Below are positions 40,866 to 55,344 of a stretch of DNA of 64,000 bases, piece after piece. Within the stretch, counting starts at the first letter, position 1, and each line of letters opens with the position of its first letter. Where the stretch lies: NCBI GenBank assembly GCA_964016885.1, contig OZ024741.1:298902001-298966000 (forward strand), given 5' to 3'. The notes beneath the pieces are model-generated. The model saw only the letters and a list, made by a program, of their open reading frames with translations. It was not told the origin of the DNA and made no database searches. Position numbers and translations under genes: made by a program. This DNA comes from Eledone cirrhosa. Its lineage: Eukaryota.

Positions 40866-41676
40866 TCGAATTAGTGTGGTAGAGACGGGTACGCATGTTA
40901 TTTAAGTGTGTTTTACTCCGTCAATACTCCGATATGTCCAGCTCCTGGTTCCATTGTTATTTCTCTGAGGAACTGGAATCATATGAATTAGAACAAATGA
41001 CTTTCGGCATCATAGGACACTCTCTCATCCCATTGGTCAGTTGTGAGAACATTCCTCAGTCAAAGGTCTATAGACATTTTTTCTGAGGCAAGACAATCTG
41101 TTGTAGTTGTTTTTGTTTAAGTACAGCTGACCTCTTACATTGTGTTGGTAGTGGTAGTGGTGTTAAGAGGTCAGCTGGCAGGTCAGCTTTGGTCTGCTGC
41201 TGATATGTTCAGAAGAATTTGTGTTTTTTTTTGGGGGGGGGGGGGGCATCTATCCTGTCACCATTTCACGTGGTGGGGCGTGCCAAACAAATAAAAAAAT
41301 AATGCATGTGTGTTATAACCAATATAGAAATTTGAAAGATTTGGAAAGTATTAACTGTGTTTCAGAATCGAGAAGTGTAAAGAATTACAATTCTTACACT
41401 ACCATCGGGTGGTGTGTTTTAAGAGCAAATGAGACAAAAGTGTAGTGTGAAACACCAAAACCTAGTGTCAAAATCCGGAAGTGCAAATGACTACAGTTCC
41501 TATTTCGGCATAAAGTACATATGCGTGTATGTCAATGCACATTGTTACAAGCACACACGCACAATCACAGACTCAGGTGCATCCCATATGTATATATATA
41601 TATATATATACACACACATATATATACACACACACCCACATTATACACACACACACACACACATATATACACGCAC

Positions 41677-41754
<78 letters not shown>

Positions 41755-42445
41755 CGGCGATGAATTAGTTTTGCGAGGTTTTTTATATGAAATCGTGTGT
41801 CGAAACAGATATTGTTATATTTGGGGAGGGTCATATTTGCGTAATATTGCCAGAATTAATAACAGAACACACTCACTGTTTGGTTGGTTTTCGCTTCTCG
41901 CTGTCTTTTATATATATATATCTGCGATCTAACTTACTCGGTCCTCAATGTTGCCATTGACTGACCGGCGGTCAAAAATAAAATAATACAGATACAATCT
42001 AGACAAACACATATATATATAGTTTACATAAATCTTTCGTTGCACATCTGCAACATCGTCAGTGGTGTTATATTCATTGTTCCTCCTGTTGTGTTGTATG
42101 TCTACGCCATTTTTTTTTGTTCAGTCCGTCTATATATTTATTTATTTGTTTGCTTGTTTGTTTATCTTATTTTATTTTGTCTTCTTTGCGCATGCGTTTG
42201 CGTGTGTGATGTGTGACTAGTGTGTATAGTGTTGTGTCTGCTGGGTGACTAGTGTGTGTTTATGTGCTTGTGTATGTATTTATTTATCTTATTTTATTTA
42301 ATTTAATTTACTTATTTATTTATACTTCTCTTAGGTCAGTGTTGTTTGTTTGGGTGTTGTTGTTGTTCCACTCATTCTTTCTGTTTAGCTTTGGTCTAAC
42401 ACACAACTAACACACGATGGGAGAGAAAAAATCCTCAACGCTCAC

Positions 42446-44437
42446 ATGATGATGTGGACTGACATCCTAAAGCCAAGCAGACGCACTGCCAACAACTTCC
42501 AGGCGTCTAACAATGGCATACCACCCTTGTATGGGCTCCGCAAAGACCACAAGACAGTCGACGACCCGACAACAGGACCACCAACAAGACCTGTATGCGG
42601 AGCTAATATAGCTAGCAACTACAGGATCTCCTACTTCCTCTCAATGGTTATACGCCCCATAATCAAGATGTCCCCAGATGTATGTGAAAGTACAGAGGAC
42701 CTCCTCAGCAGAATCAGTGAGTGCAACAAAAACAGGAGCCTATCCAACTGCATAATAGGCAGCATGGATGTGGTGTCACTGTACCCATCCATTAACATTG
42801 ATTTTGCTGTGAAAAGATGTGTGGAGATGATCATTGAGAGTGAGGTGGAGTTCTGCGACGTCGACACAGACGAACTGGGCCTCCTACTTAGACTTACCTA
42901 CGACACTGACTACCTAGACAGCCATGACCTTAGACGTTTCTGCCCTAGTAGACCTATAAGAGGTAGACCCCCCACCATAACCTCAATGGCTAAAAAGACT
43001 CCCATAGGAAGGTGGATTGGGTGGACCAAAGCTATACGGACCCCCCAAAACACTGATCAGGTAAGAAAAATGGTCGCACATGCAATAGGGGCTAGTATCA
43101 AAACTACCCTAAAGGGCCACATATTTAAGTTCAATGAGAAAATCTACACCCAAAATGAGGGAGCAGCCATCGGCGTCAGCATAGCTGGCGATGTTGCCAA
43201 CCTTTTCATGGTATGTTGGGAAAGGAGACTTAAAGATCTCCTTAATGAAAGCTCCATAGACCTCATCATGTACTCTCGTTATGTAGACGATATCAATATA
43301 GTTATAAGAACACCCCCACTAGAGAGCACTAACAAGTTTGATTTAGAACGTAGCACGATGGAAAGCATCCAGCAGATAGCTAATTCCATACACCAGAGTA
43401 TAACTGTAACTATAGACTTCCCTTCCAAACACCCTAACAATAGACTACCTGTATTAGACACAGAACTCTGGATTAACACTATAGACGAGAGAGCCCAAAT
43501 TCTCCACTCACACTATGCTAAACCCATGGCCTCCAAATACCTGATACTCAAAAACTCAGCAATGTCCAGTAGTGCTAAGTTTAATATTCTGATCGCAGAT
43601 TTGGTACGAGTGATGAAGAATGTGTCCAGCATGTGCGACCCAACAGAAATGGAAGGACACATCCAACACTTCATCAACCGCATGCAGTTCTCTGGCTACA
43701 ACCAAAGAGACAGAGTCAGAGTATACGAAGGAGCCATGGAAAAGTATAAGACCCTCATAGAACTGGACATGAAAGGAATTTGCCCACTATACAGGAGCAA
43801 ATCATGGAATAGCTTAGATAGGGCTAGACATAAGATAGGGAAGGCCACATCATGGTACGACAACCAGAGATATCAGAGTGTCATGTTTGTGGACGCCACC
43901 CCTGGAGGGAAATTAGCTAACCAGTGTAGAAAGGCCCTGAGAAAGACCCACTTAAAAATAAAGGTGGTAGAAAAGCCAGGAACCACCATAAAATCCCTGA
44001 TCAGCAAAACCTACCCTTTTAAGAAAACCCACTGTACCAATAGGAAATGTATCATATGTAAGGTGAACCCCCGGATAAACTGTAAAACTAGAAACGTAGT
44101 CTATAGCATAAGATGTACAGAGGGTACTTGTAGAAACACGACAACAACATACATAGGTGAGACAGCTCGTAGCATAGGTGAAAGGATAGACCAACACTGG
44201 GGGGAACTAAAAGGACGAAAAAACGGGTCAGTACTATACGAACATGCTAGACAACATCATGACGGTAACATAGACAACATAGAAATTAGAATAATATCTA
44301 AACATAGGAATGACCCAGCAGATAGGCAAATCAGAGAGGCCAGTGAAATAGAAATTAGAAGACCAAAGCTAAACAGAAAGAATGAGTGGAACAACAACAA
44401 CACCCAAACAAACAACACTGACCTAAGAGAAGTATAA
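42446..44437 (+). CDS. PLE reverse transcriptase plus GIY-YIG endonuclease (663 aa; N-terminus cut off at the inversion junction)
   Basis: LYGLRKDHK, PTRPV, SMDVVSLYPSI, QNEGAAIGVSIAGDVANLFM, YSRYVDD, LPVLD, NVVYSIRC...YIGETARSIGERIDQH, REASEI...PKLN. Frame stays open upstream to the junction at ~42398. Confidence 0.93.
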   Translation: MMMWTDILKPSRRTANNFQASNNGIPPLYGLRKDHKTVDDPTTGPPTRPVCGANIASNYRISYFLSMVIRPIIKMSPDVCESTEDLLSRISECNKNRSLSNCIIGSMDVVSLYPSINIDFAVKRCVEMIIESEVEFCDVDTDELGLLLRLTYDTDYLDSHDLRRFCPSRPIRGRPPTITSMAKKTPIGRWIGWTKAIRTPQNTDQVRKMVAHAIGASIKTTLKGHIFKFNEKIYTQNEGAAIGVSIAGDVANLFMVCWERRLKDLLNESSIDLIMYSRYVDDINIVIRTPPLESTNKFDLERSTMESIQQIANSIHQSITVTIDFPSKHPNNRLPVLDTELWINTIDERAQILHSHYAKPMASKYLILKNSAMSSSAKFNILIADLVRVMKNVSSMCDPTEMEGHIQHFINRMQFSGYNQRDRVRVYEGAMEKYKTLIELDMKGICPLYRSKSWNSLDRARHKIGKATSWYDNQRYQSVMFVDATPGGKLANQCRKALRKTHLKIKVVEKPGTTIKSLISKTYPFKKTHCTNRKCIICKVNPRINCKTRNVVYSIRCTEGTCRNTTTTYIGETARSIGERIDQHWGELKGRKNGSVLYEHARQHHDGNIDNIEIRIISKHRNDPADRQIREASEIEIRRPKLNRKNEWNNNNTQTNNTDLREV

Positions 44438-44690
44438 ATAAATAAGTAAATTAAATTAAATAAAATAAGATAAATAAATACATACACAAGCACATAAACA
44501 CACACTAGTCACCCAGCAGACACAACACTATACACACTAGTCACACATCACACACGCAAACGCATGCGCAAAGAAGACAAAATAAAATAAGATAAACAAA
44601 CAAGCAAACAAATAAATAAATATATAGACGGACTGAACAAAAAAAAATGGCGTAGACATACAACACAACAGGAGGAACAATGAATATAAC

Positions 44691-44735
44691 ACCACTGACG
44701 ATGTTGCAGATGTGCAACGAAAGATTTATGTAAAC
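44691..44735 (+). ncRNA. Hammerhead-like motif in PLE pseudo-LTR (mirror copy on minus strand ~42022-42066)
   Basis: CTGACGA tgttgca-gatg-tgcaac GAAA gatTTA; core and stem II intact, stem I weak. Confidence 0.6.
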
Positions 44736-45327
44736 TATATATATATGTGTTTGTCTAGATTGTATCTGTATTATTTTATTTTTGACCGCCGGTCAGTCAA
44801 TGGCAACATTGAGGACCGAGTAAGTTAGATCGCAGATATATATATATAAAAGACAGCGAGAAGCGAAAACCAACCAAACAGTGAGTGTGTTCTGTTATTA
44901 ATTCTGGCAATATTACGCAAATATGACCCTCCCCAAATATAACAATATATATATATATATATATACACAAATACATGCAAGTATCTATGTACGTATACTT
45001 TTAAACAAGAGTATCTATGTATGGACATATGTATAAGTATGTGTTGCCATATGAGTCGATCGAGGCATGAGTGGGGGTGGTGAGTGTGTGGGGGGTGGTC
45101 TACATTGGGCTCGGTGTGGTGGGGCTACTGTCCCTATAGCTTGAGGAGGGTCCCATCCCAATGTGTTGTTATTGTCCATATAGCTTGAGGAGGGTCCCGG
45201 CCCTGAGGTGTCTACATGTACCGAAGAATTCAGTCCTGAGGTTTATTAGGCTGCTTCCACCGCTGATTATCTCGAGGGTTTCGCTCAGACATAGTTTGCA
45301 GACGCCAGCTCCCCCTCTATCAGGTAG

Positions 45328-46289
<962 letters not shown>

Positions 46290-46303
46290 AATATATATTT
46301 ATA

Positions 46304-46608
46304 ATAAAGTAAAATAAAAGTCAAATGTTTAAAATTTAGCTTCGTTTATTACTGCTATATATATTTCGGTGACAGCCATATTTGGCTCTGACCTCTTCAG
46401 GCAGTCCGAATTAGTGTGGTATAGACAAGTACATATGTTGTTGAGGTGTATAATTTTGTCAATTATGTATAATTTTGAGGTGTATAATTTTGTCACACTA
46501 ATTTGGACTGCCTGAAGAGGTCACAGCCAAAGATGGCTGTCACCGAAATATATATAGCAGTAATAAACGAAGCTAAATTTTAAACATTTGACTTTTATTT
46601 TACTTTAT
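46304..46608. mobile_element. Fold-back of hammerhead family D (arms ~46304-46418 and ~46494-46608; hammerheads at 46351-46405 minus and 46507-46561 plus)
   Basis: Near-perfect inverted arms; actgc CTGAAGA ggtcacagccaaagatggctgtcacc GAAA tatataTA gcagt. Confidence 0.85.
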
Positions 46609-46703
46609 TTTACATTACTCCGGAGTAACCAAACCAACCTGCGCACTTCGTCGAGTGCTCCAGCCTGCATACTGAGGTGTTGGTATACAACCAACATATA
46701 CTC

Positions 46704-46837
<134 letters not shown>

Positions 46838-47186
46838 AGTAAGAATATTTTCGAAACAGCGAGTTGGTTTGAAATTATTAGAAATGTAAGCTATCGCCGT
46901 ATTTTGACTAAACAAATTAAAGAAATTATTTAGCCTGATAGTGGGGTTAAGAACCCTCGGAGAAATGGAAACAGATGAGTATTGACGTACATGTACCCCT
47001 TCCCCCACGAATTTGCCATCACAGAATTACTACTAACTTGTGACCAATCCTTGTAACAATCATTTTGACCATATATGGAATTACCCCTTGAAAAGCTCGG
47101 CTATTTAAATACCAGGATAACTTTTCATTTAGTCCAGAATTAGCCGTCGAAATGGCTTGAGCTCAGCCGTCGGGGTCTTACTGGTT

Positions 47187-47254
<68 letters not shown>

Positions 47255-47844
47255 AAGCTTTGAACCATTGAATACACACACACACATATATATGTATATA
47301 TATATGTGTGTGTATATATTCAATGTTTGAAAGCTTTAAATAGATATAAAAGGTAAACTAATATATCTACTAACATCATAGAATTGCCCTGTAAGATTTT
47401 GTTAATTAACTAGGACGCCAGCAGACATTTAAATCAATGGATTTTGATAATTTTCTATTCCTACGAAAATATTTATTAATAATCTTACTAATACCTGCAA
47501 ATTCAAAAGTAAAAAATGTATAAATATTGCACACACACACACACGCGCGCGCGCGCACACTCTGACATTCATTCACACACGCAATCATATACACACGCAC
47601 ATACATACACACGCATATAGATACATATCACTCGAACACACACACATACACACACACGCACACATCTATATATATTAGGTCTGGATGACAGATTTTTATA
47701 TATATATATATATATATATATGACATATTACAAAGTAACAAAATTAATCACTGAAAAGATCACAGGTGTGTGGCAAAAGTGCTATGATAATCAAGAACTA
47801 AACAACTATTCAGTTATTAAACTAAACCGGCAGGATATTACAAT

Positions 47845-48037
47845 AATTGTTTCTACTTTTTTGCACAAGGCCAGCAATTACCCACTTGTATTACTGGTAC
47901 ATTATTTTATCGACCCCGTAAGGATGAAAGGTAAAGTTAACCTCGGCGGGATTTGAACTCAGAATGGCATGGGCCGTAACTCTATGCGTCAAAGCATGGC
48001 GTCTAGCCCTCTGCCGATACTGCCACTCCACCGCCTT
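47845..48037 (-). mobile_element. SINE
   Basis: Full family consensus. Confidence 0.85.
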
Positions 48038-48729
48038 ATGGAAGTTATAATAATACATTGGAGTTCATCTGAACTGATGGGAGTGTTTTCATTGGCTGCA
48101 TGAGCATTCCAAAGTATAACAATATATAACATATATACAATATATATAAAATACGCATACACACACACACGCACATATATAATGTGTATATATATATGAA
48201 ACGTAGTTGTCCAAACGAATATATAATATATATTTTCTCAAATGTTATTTCTAGTTCTTTACTGTTGCTGTAGTCATATTCGTTTGGACAACTACATTTC
48301 ATACACACTCGTGCACAGACACACATATAAATATGTATATATAAGTCTACATAGGAAGCAGCTCCTTCATTACAGGAAGAATTGGAATAATTTAAAAAAT
48401 GAAATAGAGCTCGCACAAAAATTAAGTATATGTCTACATGCAAATATACCTACCAATTATTGACAAACTAATGCAAATTATTACAGCGCTACTGTTTCAC
48501 TCTTATACTACAGACATGTAATAACAGTCATACAACAAGTGTATTATTTTTTTAAGAAGTCATCAAAGACATCTCATTAATTTTAGCAACCCCAATCACC
48601 AGTAACTTTTTTAACAGTAGAGAATAGAATATACAAGTAGTTAGTGACAATTTAAACATCTGAACAATAATGTTGGAAATATATTGAAACTATTTTGATA
48701 ATATAGTAATTATAAACACAAAGTCTTAC

Positions 48730-48798
48730 CTATAGCAGCCGAATGGTCCCACCAATCAGACGAGCATTGGAACGCTTGTAATCCACTAGTGTGTTTAC
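48730..48798 (-). CDS. GPR158: GPR158/CG31760-like GPCR exon (ECL2 Cys to start of TM5)
   Basis: 69-nt exon, acceptor tttcAG at 48800-48799, donor GTAAGA at 48729. Encodes KHTSGLQAFQCSSDWWDHSAAI and joins in frame to the next exon (G|CC = Ala). Confidence 0.85.
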   Translation of the reverse strand, partial: VNTLVDYKRSNARLIGGTIRLL

Positions 48799-48862
48799 CT
48801 GAAATAATATATAATATTAAGTATGTATGCAATATAAATAGTGATTTAACATCCACCCATTC

Positions 48863-48908
<46 letters not shown>

Positions 48909-48915
48909 ATATCTA

Positions 48916-51900
48916 CGATGGACACATGTGCTGAGCTCGCTCGGTAAGTTTCGTTTAAATTTAACTGGAAATTGTGAACTGTAAACTTTCATTTTTGTAC
49001 CAATTTGTAGAGGGACTGCCAGGTCAAATTTTGATCTGGTCAGTCTCTCAAAATATTCAACGCCTTTAGGCGAAATAGTGTTGTAAACATTTAATATTTA
49101 GAAAAATCCTATTTTGATAAAAATGGCTGAAGCATCTTCACCAAAATTCGAAGGAGGAAAGGGGAAGATAAGCTTACAGCTTCCCCCTGCCACTGTAACA
49201 GTAGCAGAGGTAAAAAAGAATGGCCAGCCAGAGGAAGGATTTTCTCCACGTGTTAACCGACAACTTGAGGTTGCCATGGCAACAACCCAAAGAACCAGCG
49301 GCACCAGCAACAGAAACAACAACAACAATGCGACGGAGGAAAACAACACCAATAACAATAACAACAACAACAAGACCAATAACTGTGACAACAACAACAA
49401 TGATAACAACAACACCACCAATTACAACAGCAACACAAACAAAAAAAAATTCTCCTTCGCCGAGACGGCAAGGAAAACCCTCCACTATCTGCCAGTAGAT
49501 ATAACCAAAGCGAAGGAGCTACTGGCAGATGCCAAAAAATATATAGTGTACGGGGAAAATGGTTCATTCACGATCCATTCCCCCCCGGAACTAAAAAGCC
49601 AGAGACTCCTAAACACTGTCATGTTTAGGACAATCTCGAATAAAAGCAAAAAACCAGCTCAACCATCACAGAGTGAGATAGAGCTGGTTTTAAAAGACGT
49701 CATGAAGGACATCACCTTCATTCAGAAGGATAGACTCTACGGGAGTCTATCCATTCTCATGAAGGACAGAGACACAGCAGTGAAACTGTCCATCAAACCA
49801 ATCACATCCACCGCATACACCTTCTGCCGACGTACATGGGTAGAAGAACACAAAAAATAAAAAATCCACACCATCCTGCCGATTATGGACATATGTTGGG
49901 TTTTGACAGGTTTCCTGGACCTGGATGATGACATGCTGGTGTCCATGGGAAAGGCATCGGGTGACGCGTTCAGTGGAACGAGCCTCGAACTTGTAGTTCA
50001 AATGAGGCCCGAAAGGATCGCCCAGATCCCTGAACGCGTCATACTGGATGATCTAACTTTCATCAACATTACCGTTGAGGGTAGGCGGCCCTCGTGTTAC
50101 CTCTGAGGAACCAGAGGTCACCTGAGGGCTGTCTGTCCCCAACTTAATAAGAAAACCCCAATCCTGCCTACACCACCAACAACTGCACAACCAACACAAT
50201 CACCACAACTACCACTACAAAAACAACCACCACAGCTCAAACCGAAACAAAACAATGTCCAACCCATCACCTCCACTCAAAAAACAAAAAAATTTCCAAA
50301 ACACCCGCACCGCAAACACAACCCGAAAATATACCCCTCCCCTCCAACGCGGAAGATGACCCTAGTTCGTCGTCAGACGAGGAGGAGCACTTCCACACAA
50401 TCAAAAGAAAAAAAAGAAAACACACCTCAGACACACAAATGAAAACAACCCCTCCCCAAAACATAACACTGACACCAACACAAAAGAGCTCACAACAACA
50501 GCAAACAAAAAACACCACACAAAAACAAAAACATGCATACACATACATAAACACAAGAAACAAAAAAACTGTTAAACATTGTGTACAACAACAATCTAAT
50601 AAAAACACAAGGGCCTAACTTCACCCAGGCAGGGGATTTCCCCCACCTCAAAATGATTAAGGCCCCACAGGACACCTATAAAACTTTAAAAAATAATTTT
50701 AAAGAGGACGTGGGTCACCCCTGCGTCGGGCCCATTAACCGCGTCCTCCTAAAAAACTACCCCACCCCCTCCCCAAACACCCACACAACTCCAAACTCCC
50801 CAACCAGACAACACACTGATGCCCCTACACTTCCACAAACCACCACCCCACCCACCAACCCATCCCCCACCCTAATGGAAATTGTGCAGCCCGATACCCG
50901 GGACGCAGAGAGGTAAGTGCCTTTTCTCTTCACCACCAACATGGCCATGCTAAGAGTAGGCTGTTTAAATGCGCGTAGCCTGGGCTCAACTTGGAAGCAA
51001 GCAATGCTTCTAAATTACCTCAGGTCACAACGTATAGATGTGATGGTTATTTGCGAGGCCCGGATCAGCAACGTGCGACAGCTGGCCCCCACCTTTAATG
51101 ACTTTGAGATGCACGCATCTCTCTGTCAGCCCGGATGCGGGGGTGGGGTTGTCGTTCTGCTGCAAAAACATCTGGGTCTCGCAACACAGATGGTACATTT
51201 GGACCCGGAGGGTCGACTAGTGGTTCTGGACCTTGGCAGTGGAAAAGGCGGAGCGTTTAGGTTGGTAGCCGCCTACGGCCCTTTCGGGTCAATGCGGCCG
51301 GACTTTTCTAGGGACGTCCCGCTCCTTGCTATTAGTGGGGGACTGGAATGGTATCCTAGATGCACGCTGGGACTACGTAGGGGCCTGTCCCGATAGAGAG
51401 GGGTGTAATAGCCTCAAAGGGTTAATCGGTCGATTTGACCTGGCCGATAGATATCGATTAGATTTTCCGACTGCGCCAACCTGGACTTGGGCAAATCGTA
51501 GCGGATCATCTAGGTCGTACCTAGATAGGTTCTTAGTTAGAATTAAGGATAAGGACTTTTTAAGTTGTCCAAAAATGCGCATGGTTGGCTATTCAGACCA
51601 CAAGTTAGTGACCTGCATGGTCAACCTTGACAGAACTCATAGACAGGGACCCTGTTATTGGAAGCTCAACTTGTCCCTACCGGCAAGTAAGGCTTACAGG
51701 GACCGGATTAGCACTTTAGTTAAGGAGCGGTTGACGGGCGCCATCGTCAACAGCAGGTGGTGGGGATCTCTCAAAAGAGAAATTAGAGTAGTCTCTATAG
51801 AATTTAGTAAGGAGTTAGCCTCAAATAGAAATAGGAAGGAAAGGGAGTTGGTAGATAGTGTAGAAGAGGCAATTAGAAGCGGCGACGTGGCCAGAGTGCT

Positions 51901-53523
51901 AGCGTCGAGAACGGCCCTGGGCCAGTTCTTCGACGCGAAACACGAAGGCTGCATCGTCCGAAGCAAAATACGTGCTCTGGGAAACGAGGGGACCAAAGCT
52001 GTTAGCTGGGCCCGCGTGACAGAAGCCAAAAGAGGGAGCAGATCCACTATCCGGTCTTTGCGAGACCAGGATGGACGGGTGATCCTTGAACCTAAGCAGA
52101 TGTGCGAGGCTTTTCAAAAGCACTTTGCCGGATTGTTCGGAAGGGGCGGGGAGCCGGTTGGGGATGTGGACTTCGGTCCATACCTCGACGGCCTGCCGCG
52201 TCTCTCGGACAGGGAGGCGAAGTCCTGCGAGGAGCCGATTTCAGCCGCTGAGATAGAGGACGTGCTGAGCCAATGCGGCAAACGCAAATCCCCGGGTCTC
52301 GATGGTCTTCCATACGAACTATATCTAGCTATGCCGGACTTGTTCCCCGATCTCCTCGAGGCGGTCTACTGCAACTGGCAACAGAACGGGAGAATTCCCT
52401 GTGATGTGACCAAGGGCGTAGTCACGCTAGTGAGGAAGGACGAGAACAAGGGGGACGATATAAATAAGTTCAGGCCCATAACTCTGCTAAATACAGAGTT
52501 ACAGATTTTGGCCAAGGTGCTAGCAGAGAGGTAGGCGCTTGTCGTGGGCAACCTGGTGGGAGATGCGCAGACATGTGCTATCCCGCGCAGACATGTGCTA
52601 TCCCGTCCAGGTCCATCCACGACAACCTCCACCTCATGCGATACATCATAGAGAGGGTTGGGAACGAACCCGGCTTTGGTGGGGCCCTGATCAACTTGGA
52701 TCAATCTAAGGCATTCGATAGGGTCGACCATGGTTACCTGGATGCGGTGCAAGCGGCGGCAGGCTTCGGACCCTTTTTCAGGGGCTGGATAAATGCCATG
52801 CACAGCAGCCGCATCTGCTCTAGGAGTCAAGGTGAACGGCTACCTCTCGGAGCCGTTCGAAATCGCGCGGTCCATCCGACAGGGGTGCAACGAGGAAACC
52901 GTTGCACACGCATTGGTACACTGCTCGGGAATTGCCGATATGTGGGGCTATGTCGAACAACTGTTGTCAAGGGTGGGACCGATCCGGTTGACCACCGAGT
53001 CTATTGTAACGATCAAGCCGCCTCCCCTCTTCAAAAACGAAGGAGAGGCGGTGTTTCTGTGCGTAATAACCATGGTGGATGCGGCTGAAAGGACTGAGGT
53101 CAGACACCTTTCTCTCTGGCCAACAACTGGTCCGTTTCTTCCGATATTATTTCGGAAGAAGGATCAGGATGGAGAGAGAGGTGCTGCACCCCAGCCGTTT
53201 TTATGAAAGATGGGTGAAAGGGGCGAGAATGGCCCGTGTGAATGGGCCTTCACTCTACATCAGACTATAGGTGAGGAAGATGAAAGACCAAGGGAGCACC
53301 CCTCTCTGTGCTCCTGAGGAAAAGGGTTGCACACTTTTTTCGGGGGTGTGTGCGACCCCCCAAGGCGCCTCCTCTCTATTGAGGATTTTGTTATATATTT
53401 TATTGTTATATTTTATTTTTATATTTTGTTATTGCCTCCTCCTTATTGAGGACGCCTTGTTTTGTAAACTCCCCCCTTTGTACTTGTCCCAGTTTTGATG
53501 CCCTGGTGGCAAATAAAAGAAAC
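48916..53523 (+). mobile_element. Tx1-type (L1 clade) LINE with 5'UTR, ORF1, ORF2 (internal deletion) and 3'UTR, inserted in a (TATC)n array
   Basis: ORF1 from ~49123, frameshifted, with a CYL*GTRGHLRAVCP zinc knuckle. ORF2: CLNARSL, GDWNGILD, SYLDRFL, SDHKLV, YWKLN, KSPGLDGLPYE, FRPITLLN, LDQSKAFDRVDH, SIRQGC, then directly ETVAHALVHC. (TATC)n at 48863-48915 and 53525-53832. Confidence 0.92.
50917..53270 (+). pseudogene. Tx1-type ORF2 (APE-RT), disrupted
   Basis: Frameshift ~51300, stop at 52532, 20-bp tandem duplication at 52565-52604, RT C-terminal half deleted at ~52890. Confidence 0.88.
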
Positions 53524-53524
53524 A

Positions 53525-53832
<308 letters not shown>

Positions 53833-54199
53833 CATCCATATATCTATTTAGTTATCTTTATCACACACTCTCTCCTTCTTTGTCTCTCATTGAAAGAAAT
53901 CGGTTGGGCTCTAACTTGAAGACGAATGACACCACCAGGTGTAACATACCCTAGACACGTTGGGTGTTAACACACAGACGCCTACTTCTCGATTAAGAGT
54001 TAACAGTCCTTAATATTTTATTTTACTTAAAAGATGGATGATTTGTCTTCCTGTATTGATATGATTCAAGGGACAATAAAGTCTCCTTTCAGAATACTGC
54101 ATTTCTCGTCGTGTGGCAAAGAATGGAATACCAGACTGTAGTTTTTGAAACGTCTGTTACAGGAAAACCCAAACCGAAAAAAACCGACTTTATAAAATG

Positions 54200-54545
54200 T
54201 ATAAAACCTCTGAAAATGTCCATCTTCAACATCAATACTCTAAATTCCGAAGTGAAAATATGTGAATTGCCATTATAAGCAGAAAAGCAAGGTGTTGAAA
54301 AAATATGCATACAAGAACATCGTATATATCATAATGACACCGAAATTCACCATATTAAAATTGGAAAAGGTACATTTCATGTGCTGCAAAGGCAAGTAAC
54401 AACGCAAAAGTAAGAGCTGTTGGGCTTGTATTCCGTCCGAAAAGCTATCAAGTACTCTGTAACTTTGAGTCAATAAATCCGAGAACTATAAGAGCCACTG
54501 TCAATGGTAACCCATCCACTACAGTTGTTACGATCCCACAAACTC
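54200..54545 (+). mobile_element. RTE-like LINE, N-terminal APE fragment
   Basis: FNINTL...EKICIQEHRIYH...NPRTIRATVNGNPSTTVV remnants. Confidence 0.65.
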
Positions 54546-55312
54546 CGCTATACATGTACATCATATCAATTCTGTAAATATATATATAATACAATTATAT
54601 TTTATCTTAATCATTACAAAGCCTAAATATTGGGGAATTTTCTGTTTATAATCGTTATTTTGTTCTTCGTATAAATTCAATTTACGAAATATATTTCTAA
54701 CAAATTCCAACGGGTTAATGTATATAACAGAAAGTTCAGAACTTTATTCTTTATTTCCTTAAAGACATATTTTATGCTATGTTAGACAAAATCCGATATA
54801 ATGGTATTTACTCTATAACATTTTCAAATATTGATACCGCACATAAATTTTCTTATATTTGATGTTAATTTAATCCTAAGTGAGCGTTGGAGAGCTTAAA
54901 ATATTACTTTTCTAAAGCAAAGATATATGTAATTGTGAGTAGACAAACTTATATTAACTCACCTTCTATCCTCTGGAACAAAGAATATTTATACACTTTA
55001 TACAAATTCACTTTGGATGTAATTCGTACGTAAATATCCTCAAATTTGATTAGAGTACATTAGAGTTAATACCACTGTCGATACAGATAAAATATCGCAT
55101 TTACACAACATACACATGCGCACACCCGGACACGCACACTCGCACACACGACATTTCAACTGCTACAAGTGTCTGGAAAACAACCACAATAGCAACAATA
55201 TTAACAACTAAATAGTCTCTATATTATGTTAAACTGCAAGAGAAATACAATCATACGCAAAGCCACACACCCACACACACACACCCACATTCTCTATCTC
55301 TTTCTCTCTCTG

Positions 55313-55344
<32 letters not shown>

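Larger units (their letters stand above)
41809..44948 (+). mobile_element. Young Penelope-like element with inverted pseudo-LTR (arms 41809-42397 and 44360-44948)
   Basis: 589-bp arms look identical by eye and enclose an uninterrupted RT+GIY-YIG ORF; right end runs into (TA)n. Confidence 0.93.

Noticed and set aside
50092-50140. TGA at the second Cys of the ORF1 CCHC knuckle (possible selenocysteine or readthrough)
   Set aside because: The element has several other disabling mutations, so a simple TGY-to-TGA nonsense change is more parsimonious; no SECIS identified
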